Assembly (NCBI GenBank): GCA_002293475.1
Contig: DBDG01000059.1
Coordinates: forward strand, 31,726 to 95,725
DNA: 64,000 nt
From: Lachnospiraceae bacterium UBA938
GTDB lineage: Bacteria > Bacillota > Clostridia > Lachnospirales > Lachnospiraceae
Direction of reading: 5' to 3'
A program made the position numbers and the translations under genes. Numbering within the stretch: position 1 is the first letter of the stretch; each line of letters begins with the position of its first letter. Positions 9,447 through 18,108 of the stretch are shown piece by piece. The notes below the pieces were generated by a model, which saw nothing but the letters and a program-made list of their open reading frames with translations, searched no databases and was not told the origin of the DNA.

Positions 9447-9905
9447 ATGGATAATGATAAAGCTTACAGACTTCAGAAAATAGCGGAATATCGAGTTGAT
9501 TTCGATCCCTTTTTCCGCTATATACCATGGCTGGAAGAACGTAAGGGCAAGCGCCAGTCGCGGTTGTATGACGGCGGCGATATCAGCCACTCGGTATCGA
9601 TCCCGGTTTATGACGGCACGCTGCTTAACTTTGTCAAAGGCATGCAGGCCACCGGCCTGATGGACCGCAATTATCCTTATATCTATTCAAACCGTAATAT
9701 GATAACGGCGGAGGACGAGCTGTATCAGATCAGTCAGGCGGGGCTCAAAGATATGGAGGTAATCCTCGGCATCCTGTCCAAATATGTGCTTGGCGGGATG
9801 ACTAGGGGCAAGTTATGGACAGATGCGGTAGAAAACGGCCTTTTTTATCATGCTTTGGTAAGAATAAAGGAAATCCTTGAAGTATGGGATGAACCACTCG
9901 TATAG
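9447..9905 (+). CDS. Hypothetical protein (152 aa)
   Basis: ORF with an upstream 'gggaggaataaggg' RBS-like tract. No motif recognised. Confidence 0.55.
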   Translation: MDNDKAYRLQKIAEYRVDFDPFFRYIPWLEERKGKRQSRLYDGGDISHSVSIPVYDGTLLNFVKGMQATGLMDRNYPYIYSNRNMITAEDELYQISQAGLKDMEVILGILSKYVLGGMTRGKLWTDAVENGLFYHALVRIKEILEVWDEPLV

Positions 9906-9939
9906 TCAGGAGCAGTGACAGGAACGGACAGGAGCGGGT

Positions 9940-10521
9940 ATGGGAGATAAATCAGAACAAAAGAAGAATTACATATTGGATATGGCTAAGAAAGTTTTTG
10001 TCGAAAAAGGCTTTCTGAGTGTCACCATGCAGGACATCGTCGAAGCGTGTGACATCAGCCGCGGCGGACTTTATTTATATTTCGGCAGTACTGAAGAAAT
10101 CTTTGCGGAGGTGCTCAAGCTCTCGCAGGCGGAAGAGGACGGGCCGTTTACGGACGGGCTGCCGCCGGAGGCGACAGTTTCCGACATCCTTGCTTATTTT
10201 TTTAAGGAACAGAAAAGAGAAATTCTCCGCAAAAAGAACTCGCTTACCGTGGCGCTCTACGAATATTACTTCCGTGGCCGGGTCGCCAAGAAAGACAATT
10301 TAATAAAACGTCAGTTTGATGCCGGAGTCATCATCCTAGAGAACTTGATCCGGGACGGCATCCGTGCAGGTGAGTTTTATTGTGAGAATCCCCACGGGGC
10401 GGCCAGCAATATTATGTACGTCTTGGAAGGGCTCCGGATTGCCGCAAAGACAATCGGTATTTCCGAAGCGGCGGTCGACAAAGAACTGTTTTATATCATG
10501 CAGGGTTTGGTATTTGAGTAA
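9940..10521 (+). CDS. TetR/AcrR family transcriptional regulator
   Basis: The N-terminal HTH 'FVEKGFLSVTMQDIVEACDISRGGLYLYF' is typical of TetR_N. The length is 193 aa. Confidence 0.85.
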   Translation: MGDKSEQKKNYILDMAKKVFVEKGFLSVTMQDIVEACDISRGGLYLYFGSTEEIFAEVLKLSQAEEDGPFTDGLPPEATVSDILAYFFKEQKREILRKKNSLTVALYEYYFRGRVAKKDNLIKRQFDAGVIILENLIRDGIRAGEFYCENPHGAASNIMYVLEGLRIAAKTIGISEAAVDKELFYIMQGLVFE

Positions 10522-10597
10522 TTAAAGCAACAATTTATTAAGTAAACATATTATAGTTGTTTAAAACATAACAGAAACAAGGAGCAGAATATTTATC

Positions 10598-13500
10598 ATG
10601 GGAAACGTGAAACGCATCTATGTGGAAAAAAAGCCCCCGTTTGCGGTGAGAGCGAAGGAACTCAAGGAGGAAATCATCAGTTATCTGGAAATGCCGGATA
10701 TTAAGGACGTAAGAGTACTGATAAGATATGACGTGGAAAACATTTCGGAGGAAATATTCTTAAGAGCGTGCGATACTGTGTTTTCTGAACCGCCGGTAGA
10801 TATTTTATACCTAGAGAACATTGCCATCCCGGAGAACGGCAGGGTGTTCAGCGTCGAATACCTTCCCGGCCAGTTTGACCAGCGGGCGGATTCGGCGGAA
10901 CAATGCATCCGGTTTCTAAGCGAAGAGGAAGAGCCGGTGATCAAAACGGCGACAACATATTTAATAACAGGTGATATCACGGACGAAGCATGGAACCGGA
11001 TCAAGGCTTATTGTATCAACCCGGTCGATTCCCGGGAAACCGGCATGGTCAAGCCTGAGACGTTGATAACCGCATACGACGAGCCACAGGACATCGGCAT
11101 CCATGACGGCTTCGCCGCTATGTCCATAGCGGATCTGGCGGAGCTCTACGATACTCTCGGTCTGGCCATGACCTTCAAGGACTTTCTGCACATCCAAAAA
11201 TATTACCGGGAAGAGGAACACCGTGATCCCACCACCACAGAAATCAGGGTAATGGACACCTATTGGTCCGACCACTGCCGTCATACCACCTTTTCCACCG
11301 AACTCACCCAGGTAGAATTTGCCGAAGGCTATTACCGCACTCCCATGGAAACCACCTACCAAAGCTATCTTGATACTAGGGCGGAACTGTTTAAGGACCG
11401 TGACGATAAATACATCTGCCTGATGGATCTGGCACTGCTGGCTATGCGCAAGCTGAAAAAAGACGGAAAACTGACGGATATGGAAGAATCCGATGAAATC
11501 AATGCCTGCTCGGTCATCGTGCCCGTGGAAATCGACTACGGACAAGGCCCCATAACCGAAGAATGGCTGGTCTTTTTCAAAAACGAAACCCACAACCACC
11601 CGACCGAGATTGAACCTTTCGGCGGGGCGGCCACCTGTCTGGGCGGAGCTATCAGAGATCCTCTGTCCGGCCGTGGTTATGTATATCAGGCGATGCGGGT
11701 AACCGGCGCGGCCGACCCCACCGTTCCCGTATCGGCGACCTTAAAGGGTAAGCTGCCGCAGAAAAAACTGGTCCGCGGCGCGGCCGCCGGTTATTCCTCT
11801 TACGGAAACCAGATCGGCCTGAACACCGGCTATGTCAAAGAAATATATCACCCCGACTATGTGGCCAAAAGAATGGAAATTGGCGCGGTCATGGGAGCCG
11901 CACCCCGCGACTGCGTGATCCGCGGCGGCACCGCTCCCGGTGACGTCATCATTTTGCTAGGCGGCCGGACCGGCCGCGACGGCTTAGGCGGCGCGACCGG
12001 CTCTTCCAAAGTACATACCGAAAGCTCAATCGAGACCTGCGGCGCCGAAGTCCAGAAAGGCAATCCCCCCACCGAGCGCAAGATCCAGCGCCTGTTCCGT
12101 CGCGGGGAAGTCAGCAGATTAATTAAAAAATGCAACGACTTCGGTGCCGGCGGCGTATCAGTCGCCATCGGCGAGCTGGCCCCCGGCCTGATCGTCGATC
12201 TGGATAAAATACCGAAGAAATATGCCGGCCTGGACGGCACCGAACTGGCGATCTCCGAATCCCAGGAGCGGATGGCGGTAGTTGTCGCCCCCGAACATGC
12301 CGACCTGTTCCTTAGCTTTGCTGCCGGGGAAAATCTCGAAGCTGTTCCTGTCGCCGAAGTGACCGCGTCTAAACGCTTGGTTCTAAGATGGCGGAATCGC
12401 GAAATCGTCAATATTTCCCGGGCCTTCTTAGACACCAACGGTGCCCATCAGGAGGCGGCCGTCAAAGTAGACATTCCTTCCGAAGCCGATAATTATTTCC
12501 GCAAGGCGGCAGTAAAAGGCGTCGCTGAAGCCGTGACGGATGGCGACATCCAAAAAGCTTGGCTTACAGTGCTAGGAGACCTGAACGTCTGCTCCCAAAA
12601 AGGCTTGGTGGAAATGTTCGACTCTTCCATCGGAGCCGGTAACGTGGCCATGCCTTACGGCGGCCGATACCAGCTGACCGAATCCCAGGCCATGATCGCC
12701 AAGTTGCCGCTTTTAAAAGGAAAAACCGACACCGTGACGATGATGAGCTACGGCTTTGATCCATACCTGTCTTCCTGGAGCCCTTATCACGGTGCCGTCT
12801 ATGCTGTAACTGAGTCCATGGCTAAGATTGTGGCCAGCGGCGGCGACTACCGGACGATCCGCTTTACCTTCCAGGAGTATTTCCGGCGCATGACCGATGA
12901 CCCGGAACGTTGGAGCCAGCCCTTTGCCGCCTTACTCGGCGCTTACGATGCCCAGACCGGCTACGGCCTCCCCTCTATCGGCGGCAAAGACAGTATGTCC
13001 GGCACCTTCAACGACATCGACGTACCGCCGACCTTGGTCTCTTTCGCCGTAAACATTGCCCGAGGCAATCACATAATAACCCCGGAACTGAAAAAAGCCG
13101 GCAACAAACTGGTTCATTTTCTCATCACCAGAGACGAATACGATCTGCCCATATATGAGCAGGTCTGCGAAACCTACCAGCAGATCACCGCGATGATCGG
13201 TGAAGGCGTGATCATGTCCGCCTACGCCTTGGATGCCAAGGGACTTGCCGCTGCCCTCAGCAAAATGGCTTTCGGTAATCGCCTTGGCATATCAATCGCC
13301 GCCGACATCCCGCCCCAAAAGCTCTTCCAGAACAATCTGGGCGGCATCGTAGCCGAAATAACCCCCGAAGCCCAGGCAAAACTGGAACAACTTGACCTCA
13401 AATACCGCATCATCGGAACCGTGACCGCAGAAGCCGTCATCACATATCAGGACATGAACCTGCCACTAGACAAAGCGCTCGCGGCATGGACAGCCACACT

Positions 13501-14398
13501 GGAAAAAGTGTTCCCGACCCGCGTCAGCGCCGACCGCACCGTCATAGAGCCCCCCCTGTACAAGGCCGGTTCCATCTATGTATGCAAGGAAAAAATCGCT
13601 AGGCCGACCGTGTTCATCCCCGTATTTCCCGGAACCAACTGCGAATACGACACCAAGATAGCCTTTGAGCGCGCCGGTGCCAAAGTAATCGATAAAGTCT
13701 TCCGTAACCAGACGGCAGATGACATCAGGGAATCGGTAAAGGAATACACCGAAGCCATCACCCGTTCCCAGATCATCGTGTTCCCCGGCGGCTTCTCCGC
13801 TGGCGACGAACCGGACGGCAGCGCGAAGTTCTTTGCCACCGCCTTCCAAAACAGCAAGCTGAAAGAAGCCGTCATGGATCTGCTCTATCAACGCGACGGC
13901 CTTGCCCTTGGCATCTGCAACGGTTTTCAGGCCATGATCAAGCTAGGCCTAGTTCCTTTCGGGGAAATCATCGGTCAGAAAGAAGATTCGCCGACCCTGA
14001 CATTTAATACGATTAACCGCCTGATATCCAAGATGGTGTACATCAAAGTAGTTTCGGATAAATCCCCTTGGCTGCAGGAAGCGGGTCTCGGCAGTACATA
14101 TGTAAATCCGGTTTCCCATGGCGAAGGCCGGTTTGTGGCCTCTAAGGAGCAGATCAGCCGTCTGCTGGCGGCGGGTCAGGTGGCTACCTGTTACGCGGAT
14201 CCAGAGGGGAATATTTCGATGGACGAAGAGTGGAATGTCAATGGCTCGTATGCCGCGGTTGAGGGGATTACCTCCCCGGACGGGCGGTGCTATGGCAAGA
14301 TGGCACATTCAGAACGGATTTCGGAAGGTGTGGCGGTCAATATTTATGGGGAGCGGGATATCAGGATATTTGAGTCCGGGGTGCGGTACTTTCAGTGA
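10598..14398 (+). CDS. purL: Phosphoribosylformylglycinamidine (FGAM) synthase, single-chain large form
   Basis: 1266 aa with an AIR-synthase-like repeat. The C-terminal class I glutamine amidotransferase has 'GICNGFQ' (nucleophile Cys) and 'HGEGRF'. Confidence 0.9.
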   Translation: MGNVKRIYVEKKPPFAVRAKELKEEIISYLEMPDIKDVRVLIRYDVENISEEIFLRACDTVFSEPPVDILYLENIAIPENGRVFSVEYLPGQFDQRADSAEQCIRFLSEEEEPVIKTATTYLITGDITDEAWNRIKAYCINPVDSRETGMVKPETLITAYDEPQDIGIHDGFAAMSIADLAELYDTLGLAMTFKDFLHIQKYYREEEHRDPTTTEIRVMDTYWSDHCRHTTFSTELTQVEFAEGYYRTPMETTYQSYLDTRAELFKDRDDKYICLMDLALLAMRKLKKDGKLTDMEESDEINACSVIVPVEIDYGQGPITEEWLVFFKNETHNHPTEIEPFGGAATCLGGAIRDPLSGRGYVYQAMRVTGAADPTVPVSATLKGKLPQKKLVRGAAAGYSSYGNQIGLNTGYVKEIYHPDYVAKRMEIGAVMGAAPRDCVIRGGTAPGDVIILLGGRTGRDGLGGATGSSKVHTESSIETCGAEVQKGNPPTERKIQRLFRRGEVSRLIKKCNDFGAGGVSVAIGELAPGLIVDLDKIPKKYAGLDGTELAISESQERMAVVVAPEHADLFLSFAAGENLEAVPVAEVTASKRLVLRWRNREIVNISRAFLDTNGAHQEAAVKVDIPSEADNYFRKAAVKGVAEAVTDGDIQKAWLTVLGDLNVCSQKGLVEMFDSSIGAGNVAMPYGGRYQLTESQAMIAKLPLLKGKTDTVTMMSYGFDPYLSSWSPYHGAVYAVTESMAKIVASGGDYRTIRFTFQEYFRRMTDDPERWSQPFAALLGAYDAQTGYGLPSIGGKDSMSGTFNDIDVPPTLVSFAVNIARGNHIITPELKKAGNKLVHFLITRDEYDLPIYEQVCETYQQITAMIGEGVIMSAYALDAKGLAAALSKMAFGNRLGISIAADIPPQKLFQNNLGGIVAEITPEAQAKLEQLDLKYRIIGTVTAEAVITYQDMNLPLDKALAAWTATLEKVFPTRVSADRTVIEPPLYKAGSIYVCKEKIARPTVFIPVFPGTNCEYDTKIAFERAGAKVIDKVFRNQTADDIRESVKEYTEAITRSQIIVFPGGFSAGDEPDGSAKFFATAFQNSKLKEAVMDLLYQRDGLALGICNGFQAMIKLGLVPFGEIIGQKEDSPTLTFNTINRLISKMVYIKVVSDKSPWLQEAGLGSTYVNPVSHGEGRFVASKEQISRLLAAGQVATCYADPEGNISMDEEWNVNGSYAAVEGITSPDGRCYGKMAHSERISEGVAVNIYGERDIRIFESGVRYFQ

Positions 14399-14403
14399 GT
14401 GTT

Positions 14404-14481
14404 CAGCAGGTTTGTTGGCTTAATGGTCATGGACATATTGCCCAGCAGGTTTGTTGGCTTAATGGTCATCGACATATTACC
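14404..14481. repeat. Tandem direct repeat, 2 x 39 bp
   Basis: cagcaggtttgttggcttaatggtcat[g/c]gacatatt[g/a]cc occurs twice. The second copy runs into the left palindromic unit. Confidence 0.9.
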
Positions 14482-14723
14482 CAGCAAATCATCTGATCCG
14501 GTTCCGGCTCCCGAAAATAAGTGCAACTAAGTTTCCCGCCCGTGTTACCGGCCACTTCCGCTACCGGCGTTCAAGCGCCATCCATGGCGCGTGAAGCCTT
14601 GGTCGGACATCCGTGTCCGACCATAGCTAGGCTTATCTTATGCGAGAAACTAAGATGCACTAATTTTCTCCCGCAAGTCACCGGCTCAGATGATTTGCTG
14701 GGCAATATGTCGATTCGGTATTC
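14464..14723 (+). repeat. Palindromic rod-like unit, left copy (~260 nt, terminal 31-nt inverted repeats)
   Basis: 14469-14499 is complementary to 14683-14713 (29/31). Inner stem 14513-14539 pairs with 14642-14668. Internal hairpins are gcgcca-tcca-tggcgc and gtcggacatccgtgtccgac. Confidence 0.85.
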
Positions 14724-14895
14724 TGACCGGTAAGTTTGTATTGGGATTCACTTAGCATATTAAACATAAGACTCATTATTAGTTTCCATTCACGAGGCTA
14801 GATCCCACCATATATTGCGATAAACTGCATAGAGCTCATTATCCCAGTTAATGCTGAACAAAAATAATCAAGTGGTATACACAAGCCTACTAGTT

Positions 14896-15155
14896 GGAAT
14901 ACCGAATCGCCATATGGCCCAAGCATCATCGGCTCAGGTGACTTGCGGGAGAAAAATAGTGCATCTTAGTTTCTCACGTAAGATGAGCCTAGCTATGGTC
15001 GGACATGGATGTCCGACCAAGGCTTCACGCGCCATGGATGGCGCTTGAACGCCGATAGCGGGAGTAGTTAAAACTGAGGGGTGAGGAACTTAGTTGCACT
15101 TATTTTCGGGAGCCGGAACCGGAGCCGATGATGCTTGGGCCATATGGCGATGACC
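14896..15155 (-). repeat. Palindromic rod-like unit, right copy, inverted relative to the left copy (roughly 85-90 percent identical by eye)
   Basis: The reverse complement aligns end to end with 14464-14723. Its own termini 14907-14936 and 15121-15150 are complementary (29 nt perfect). Confidence 0.85.
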
Positions 15156-15245
15156 GCCCAAGCGAGAACCTAAGGCGCTGACCGCCCAAGCGAGAACCTA
15201 AGGCGATGACCGCCCAAGCGAGAACCTATGGCGCTGACCGCCTAG
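15150..15245. repeat. Tandem direct repeat, about 3.4 x 28 bp
   Basis: [a/c]tgaccgcccaagcgagaaccta[a/t]ggcg occurs at 15150, 15178 and 15206, with a partial copy at 15234. Confidence 0.9.
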
Positions 15246-15268
15246 CACTATATGAGGAGTTTAACACA

Positions 15269-17320
15269 TTGAAAGTATTAATAAAAGCCAGAACCCCTAT
15301 TTTGCTCTTTGTGGCAGTTCTCCTGTCGGAACTGTTGTTGTGGAACCTTTCTGCCGTCATCAGCATGTTCTATCAGGAAATCACTCCCGAGCCACAGAAC
15401 TGGGAAGGCAGGGCAATCCGGCAGGAGGACGGTTCGTACTTGCTTCCTGACGGGCAGCTTACGGTCACGCTCTCCGGTATACATGAAAAGGTGCACAATC
15501 TTCACCTTGACGTAGTGCCGCTTCCTTATGCGGAAGACGTCGGCAGCGCTCAGTCCGTATCTTATGAAATCTCGTTGAGCGATGAAGGGAATTACTATCC
15601 TTATGAACTGCCTGTCGGCATTATCGTGGAAGGAATCAGGGCAACGGAGTATACAGATATTCATGCCGCTGGTGAGGTTAAAGATGTCCATGTTACTTTT
15701 TCGGCCCCGGCGAATACCGTTGTCGGCAATTTGGCCGTTAAGGCGAATGTGAGGCTGCCCTTTGTGATTTCTATTCCAAGGATTGTTTTAGCGTATTTAT
15801 TGTTGATGGTTGGCTGGCTCTTGCTTTCCGGCAGAGCCTTGATGCCGGCAGGCCGGAATCTGGGAAAGGGGCAGATGGTGGCGGTTATCGTGCTTCTGGC
15901 GTTGCTCATGATCGGCTGTTATCGGCTTGCCGTACTGAATCCGGTGCATGTTAAGCCACCTTGGCCGCATCATCGGCAGTACCAAGAACTGGCGGAACTG
16001 TTGCTTAAGGGTAAGGTGGCCTTGGAGGAGAAGCCATCGTTGAAGCTGGTTGAGTCGATGAACCCTTATGATACCATCTGGCTGCAGGCGCAAGGGATAG
16101 AGTACAAGGCGGACTACGCATATCATGAAGATAATTATTTTGTTTATTTTGGGATTGTGCCGGAGCTTTTGCTGTATCTGCCTTTTCAAGTGATTATGGG
16201 TTTTCCGTTGCCTAATTATATGGCGGTATTTTTGCTTTTTTCCGGCTTTATGGTGATGGTTTTTGCTTTGTTCCGGGAAATTATCCGGAGCTTTTTTCCC
16301 GACACGCCGTTTTTGATCTGGTTGATGGTCGCTTTGATGACGGTGTTTGTGGGCAGCCATGCTTATCTGATGGCGGAGCCGGATATGTACAAAGTACCTA
16401 TTAGCGCCGCGTTGATGTTTACTGCCGCGGGGCTTTGGTTCTGGTTTAAGGCACTGAGGGCGGACGGGGTAAGGGGGCGGCTGTTGCTGGCCATGGGTTC
16501 ATTCTGCATGGCGCTGGTGGCCGGATGCCGACCACAGATGATTTTGTATTCGGGCCTAGGGATTTTGGTTTTCCGGGAGAAGAAGCTGTTTGCTTTGGGG
16601 AAAGATTTTTTTTCGCGGAAAAAGGAAAACTTTTCTTTGAAAGCTGTCGGGGATGTGCTGGCGTTTAGCCTGCCGTATCTGGTGGTCGGAGCCGGCGTCA
16701 TGTATTATAACTGGATCCGTTTCGGTTCGGTGCTGGACTTTGGTGCGGCATATAGCCTGACCAGCAATGATATGACGAAGCGAGGGTTTGACATAGAGCA
16801 GACCCTTCAAGGGCTGTATTATTACTTTATGCAGCTGCCGTTACTTGATACGGTATTTCCTTTTCTCCATCGGAATCCAGTGGAAACGGCTTATATGGGA
16901 AAGCTCAATGCGGAGTATGTATATGGTGGACTACTGGCCAGTAATGCATTTATATGGTTTGTCGGTTTTCTGCCTGTCGTCGGGAAGAGGCTTAGGGAGA
17001 AAGGGCTTTCCATATTTGTATGGACAGCATTGTCGGTTTCAGTAGCAGTGGCGGTTATAGATACGAATCTTGCCGGTATTCTGCAGCGCTATATGGCGGA
17101 CTTTACATGGGGGTTCGGCTTGGCGGCAGGGGTAGCGGCATTGGCATGGGCGGAACAGATGGCGGAAAGAAAACATACGGCGTTACCGAAGGTATTTATG
17201 GGTATATTTGTCCTTCAGGGCTTGTTTTCGTTGGCCCTTATCTTTGGCGGCGGAGATGCTGCTTTTGGGCTGCAGAACATGGCGCCGCAGGTGTTTTACC
17301 GTATTTATTCTTGGTTTTAG
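15269..17320 (+). CDS. Polytopic membrane protein, possibly a GT-C-fold glycosyltransferase (function uncertain)
   Basis: At least 10 hydrophobic helices by eye, after an N-terminal TM and a ~170-aa loop. TTG at 15269 lies 9 nt after GAGGAG (15254-15259). The ORF-track ATG at 15206 lies inside the 28-bp tandem repeat and lacks an RBS. Confidence 0.6.
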   Translation: MKVLIKARTPILLFVAVLLSELLLWNLSAVISMFYQEITPEPQNWEGRAIRQEDGSYLLPDGQLTVTLSGIHEKVHNLHLDVVPLPYAEDVGSAQSVSYEISLSDEGNYYPYELPVGIIVEGIRATEYTDIHAAGEVKDVHVTFSAPANTVVGNLAVKANVRLPFVISIPRIVLAYLLLMVGWLLLSGRALMPAGRNLGKGQMVAVIVLLALLMIGCYRLAVLNPVHVKPPWPHHRQYQELAELLLKGKVALEEKPSLKLVESMNPYDTIWLQAQGIEYKADYAYHEDNYFVYFGIVPELLLYLPFQVIMGFPLPNYMAVFLLFSGFMVMVFALFREIIRSFFPDTPFLIWLMVALMTVFVGSHAYLMAEPDMYKVPISAALMFTAAGLWFWFKALRADGVRGRLLLAMGSFCMALVAGCRPQMILYSGLGILVFREKKLFALGKDFFSRKKENFSLKAVGDVLAFSLPYLVVGAGVMYYNWIRFGSVLDFGAAYSLTSNDMTKRGFDIEQTLQGLYYYFMQLPLLDTVFPFLHRNPVETAYMGKLNAEYVYGGLLASNAFIWFVGFLPVVGKRLREKGLSIFVWTALSVSVAVAVIDTNLAGILQRYMADFTWGFGLAAGVAALAWAEQMAERKHTALPKVFMGIFVLQGLFSLALIFGGGDAAFGLQNMAPQVFYRIYSWF

Positions 17321-17390
17321 GAGCGCTTAAGGAGCTTAAATCATTGGAAATGATACGTTCGTTGGTAAGAAGAGAAGCTGTATTTTTTAA

Positions 17391-17418
17391 TTGACAAATT
17401 ATGAAAAAGTAATATAAT
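17391..17418 (+). promoter_or_regulatory. Sigma-A-type promoter
   Basis: TTGACA (17391-17396), 16-nt spacer, TATAAT (17413-17418). Confidence 0.55.
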
Positions 17419-17653
17419 GGAGAAAGAAGTTCCCTTATCGGTCATTTTGACTGTCTGTGTGCGATTCTTTATTTACTGTAATATCCCTAGATTTCATTGT
17501 TTTAATAATTATGACATTGAATTATGGCTTGATTAAATAATGATCAAATATTTGTTGAATACTTGACACTAGGAGTGGATGAGAGTATTGTCAATATACA
17601 GGCAGTGTTTTCGGTGGCTTAATCGCGACTGTCAGAGCTTACAAGGAGAGCGT

Positions 17654-17995
17654 ATGGTATGTAAACGGCATGAGTTCATGAATAGGATAAAGGCATTGAA
17701 AGGGCTTACAGTCCTTGTTCTTTTGATGATATTTTTGGCGGTTTCGCTGACTGCAGAAGCGTTCATCCTGACGCATCGGGAACATACACATGATTTTCGG
17801 GGGTTTGGCGGCAGCTGTGCCACATGTGCGCAGGTCAAATATGCGGAAAGTTTGGCTAGACAATTCAGTACGTCTCTTATCAGCACATTATTTTTGTTGA
17901 TTCAATTAATATCGGCAGCGGCGGTTATTAGTATTGTATATTACCGTTTCGAAGTCCAGACTCTTGTAAAAATGAAAACACGCATGGATTGTTGA
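17654..17995 (+). CDS. Small membrane protein (113 aa, two TM helices) with HREHTHD and CATC motifs in the loop
   Basis: ATG at 17654 lies 5 nt after AAGGAG (17643-17648). Hydrophobic segments are 'LTVLVLLMIFLAVSLTA' and 'LFLLIQLISAAAVISIVYY'. Confidence 0.5.
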   Translation: MVCKRHEFMNRIKALKGLTVLVLLMIFLAVSLTAEAFILTHREHTHDFRGFGGSCATCAQVKYAESLARQFSTSLISTLFLLIQLISAAAVISIVYYRFEVQTLVKMKTRMDC

Positions 17996-18108
17996 ATCTA
18001 TCTCCGGCAGGTAAATACCTTGCCATATGAGAAGTGCTTATAGGCATTGATCAGGGGCATTTTTGAGTAACCTATTTTTGGTTTCAAAAAATCGGAGGTT
18101 TAGATAAT

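Noticed and set aside
9297-9590. Minus-strand ORFs 9297-9590 and 9304-9528 in the MFS / 152-aa-gene intergenic region.
   Set aside because: They are AT-rich and low-complexity with no RBS. They overlap the start of the plus-strand gene and the divergent promoter region.
10961-11599. 212-aa minus-strand ORF. Similar long antisense ORFs occur at 11857-12438, 15797-16360, 32487-32993 and 39874-40521.
   Set aside because: Each lies entirely inside, and antisense to, a gene with strong motif support (purL, the membrane protein, the NRPS, the PKS). Their compositions are low-complexity and they lack an RBS, so they are shadow ORFs.
14521-15048. ORFs 14521-14733 (+) and 14851-15048 (+) within the repeat region.
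   Set aside because: They sit inside the two inverted palindromic units and only reflect the repeat sequence read in different frames. They have no RBS, and the region is better explained as structured repeat DNA or RNA.
14404-15245. Possible CRISPR array, suggested by the tandem repeats at both ends of the region.
   Set aside because: There are only 2-3 contiguous repeat copies with no unique spacers between them. No cas genes are present, and the repeat units are not CRISPR-like.
17400-18108. Zur or AdcR operator upstream of the zinc transporter genes.
   Set aside because: I looked for TCGTAAT-N-ATTACGA-like and TTAACNRGTTAA-like palindromes. I found only weak AT-rich pseudo-palindromes (for example ttgattaaataatgatcaa), which is not enough to call a site.
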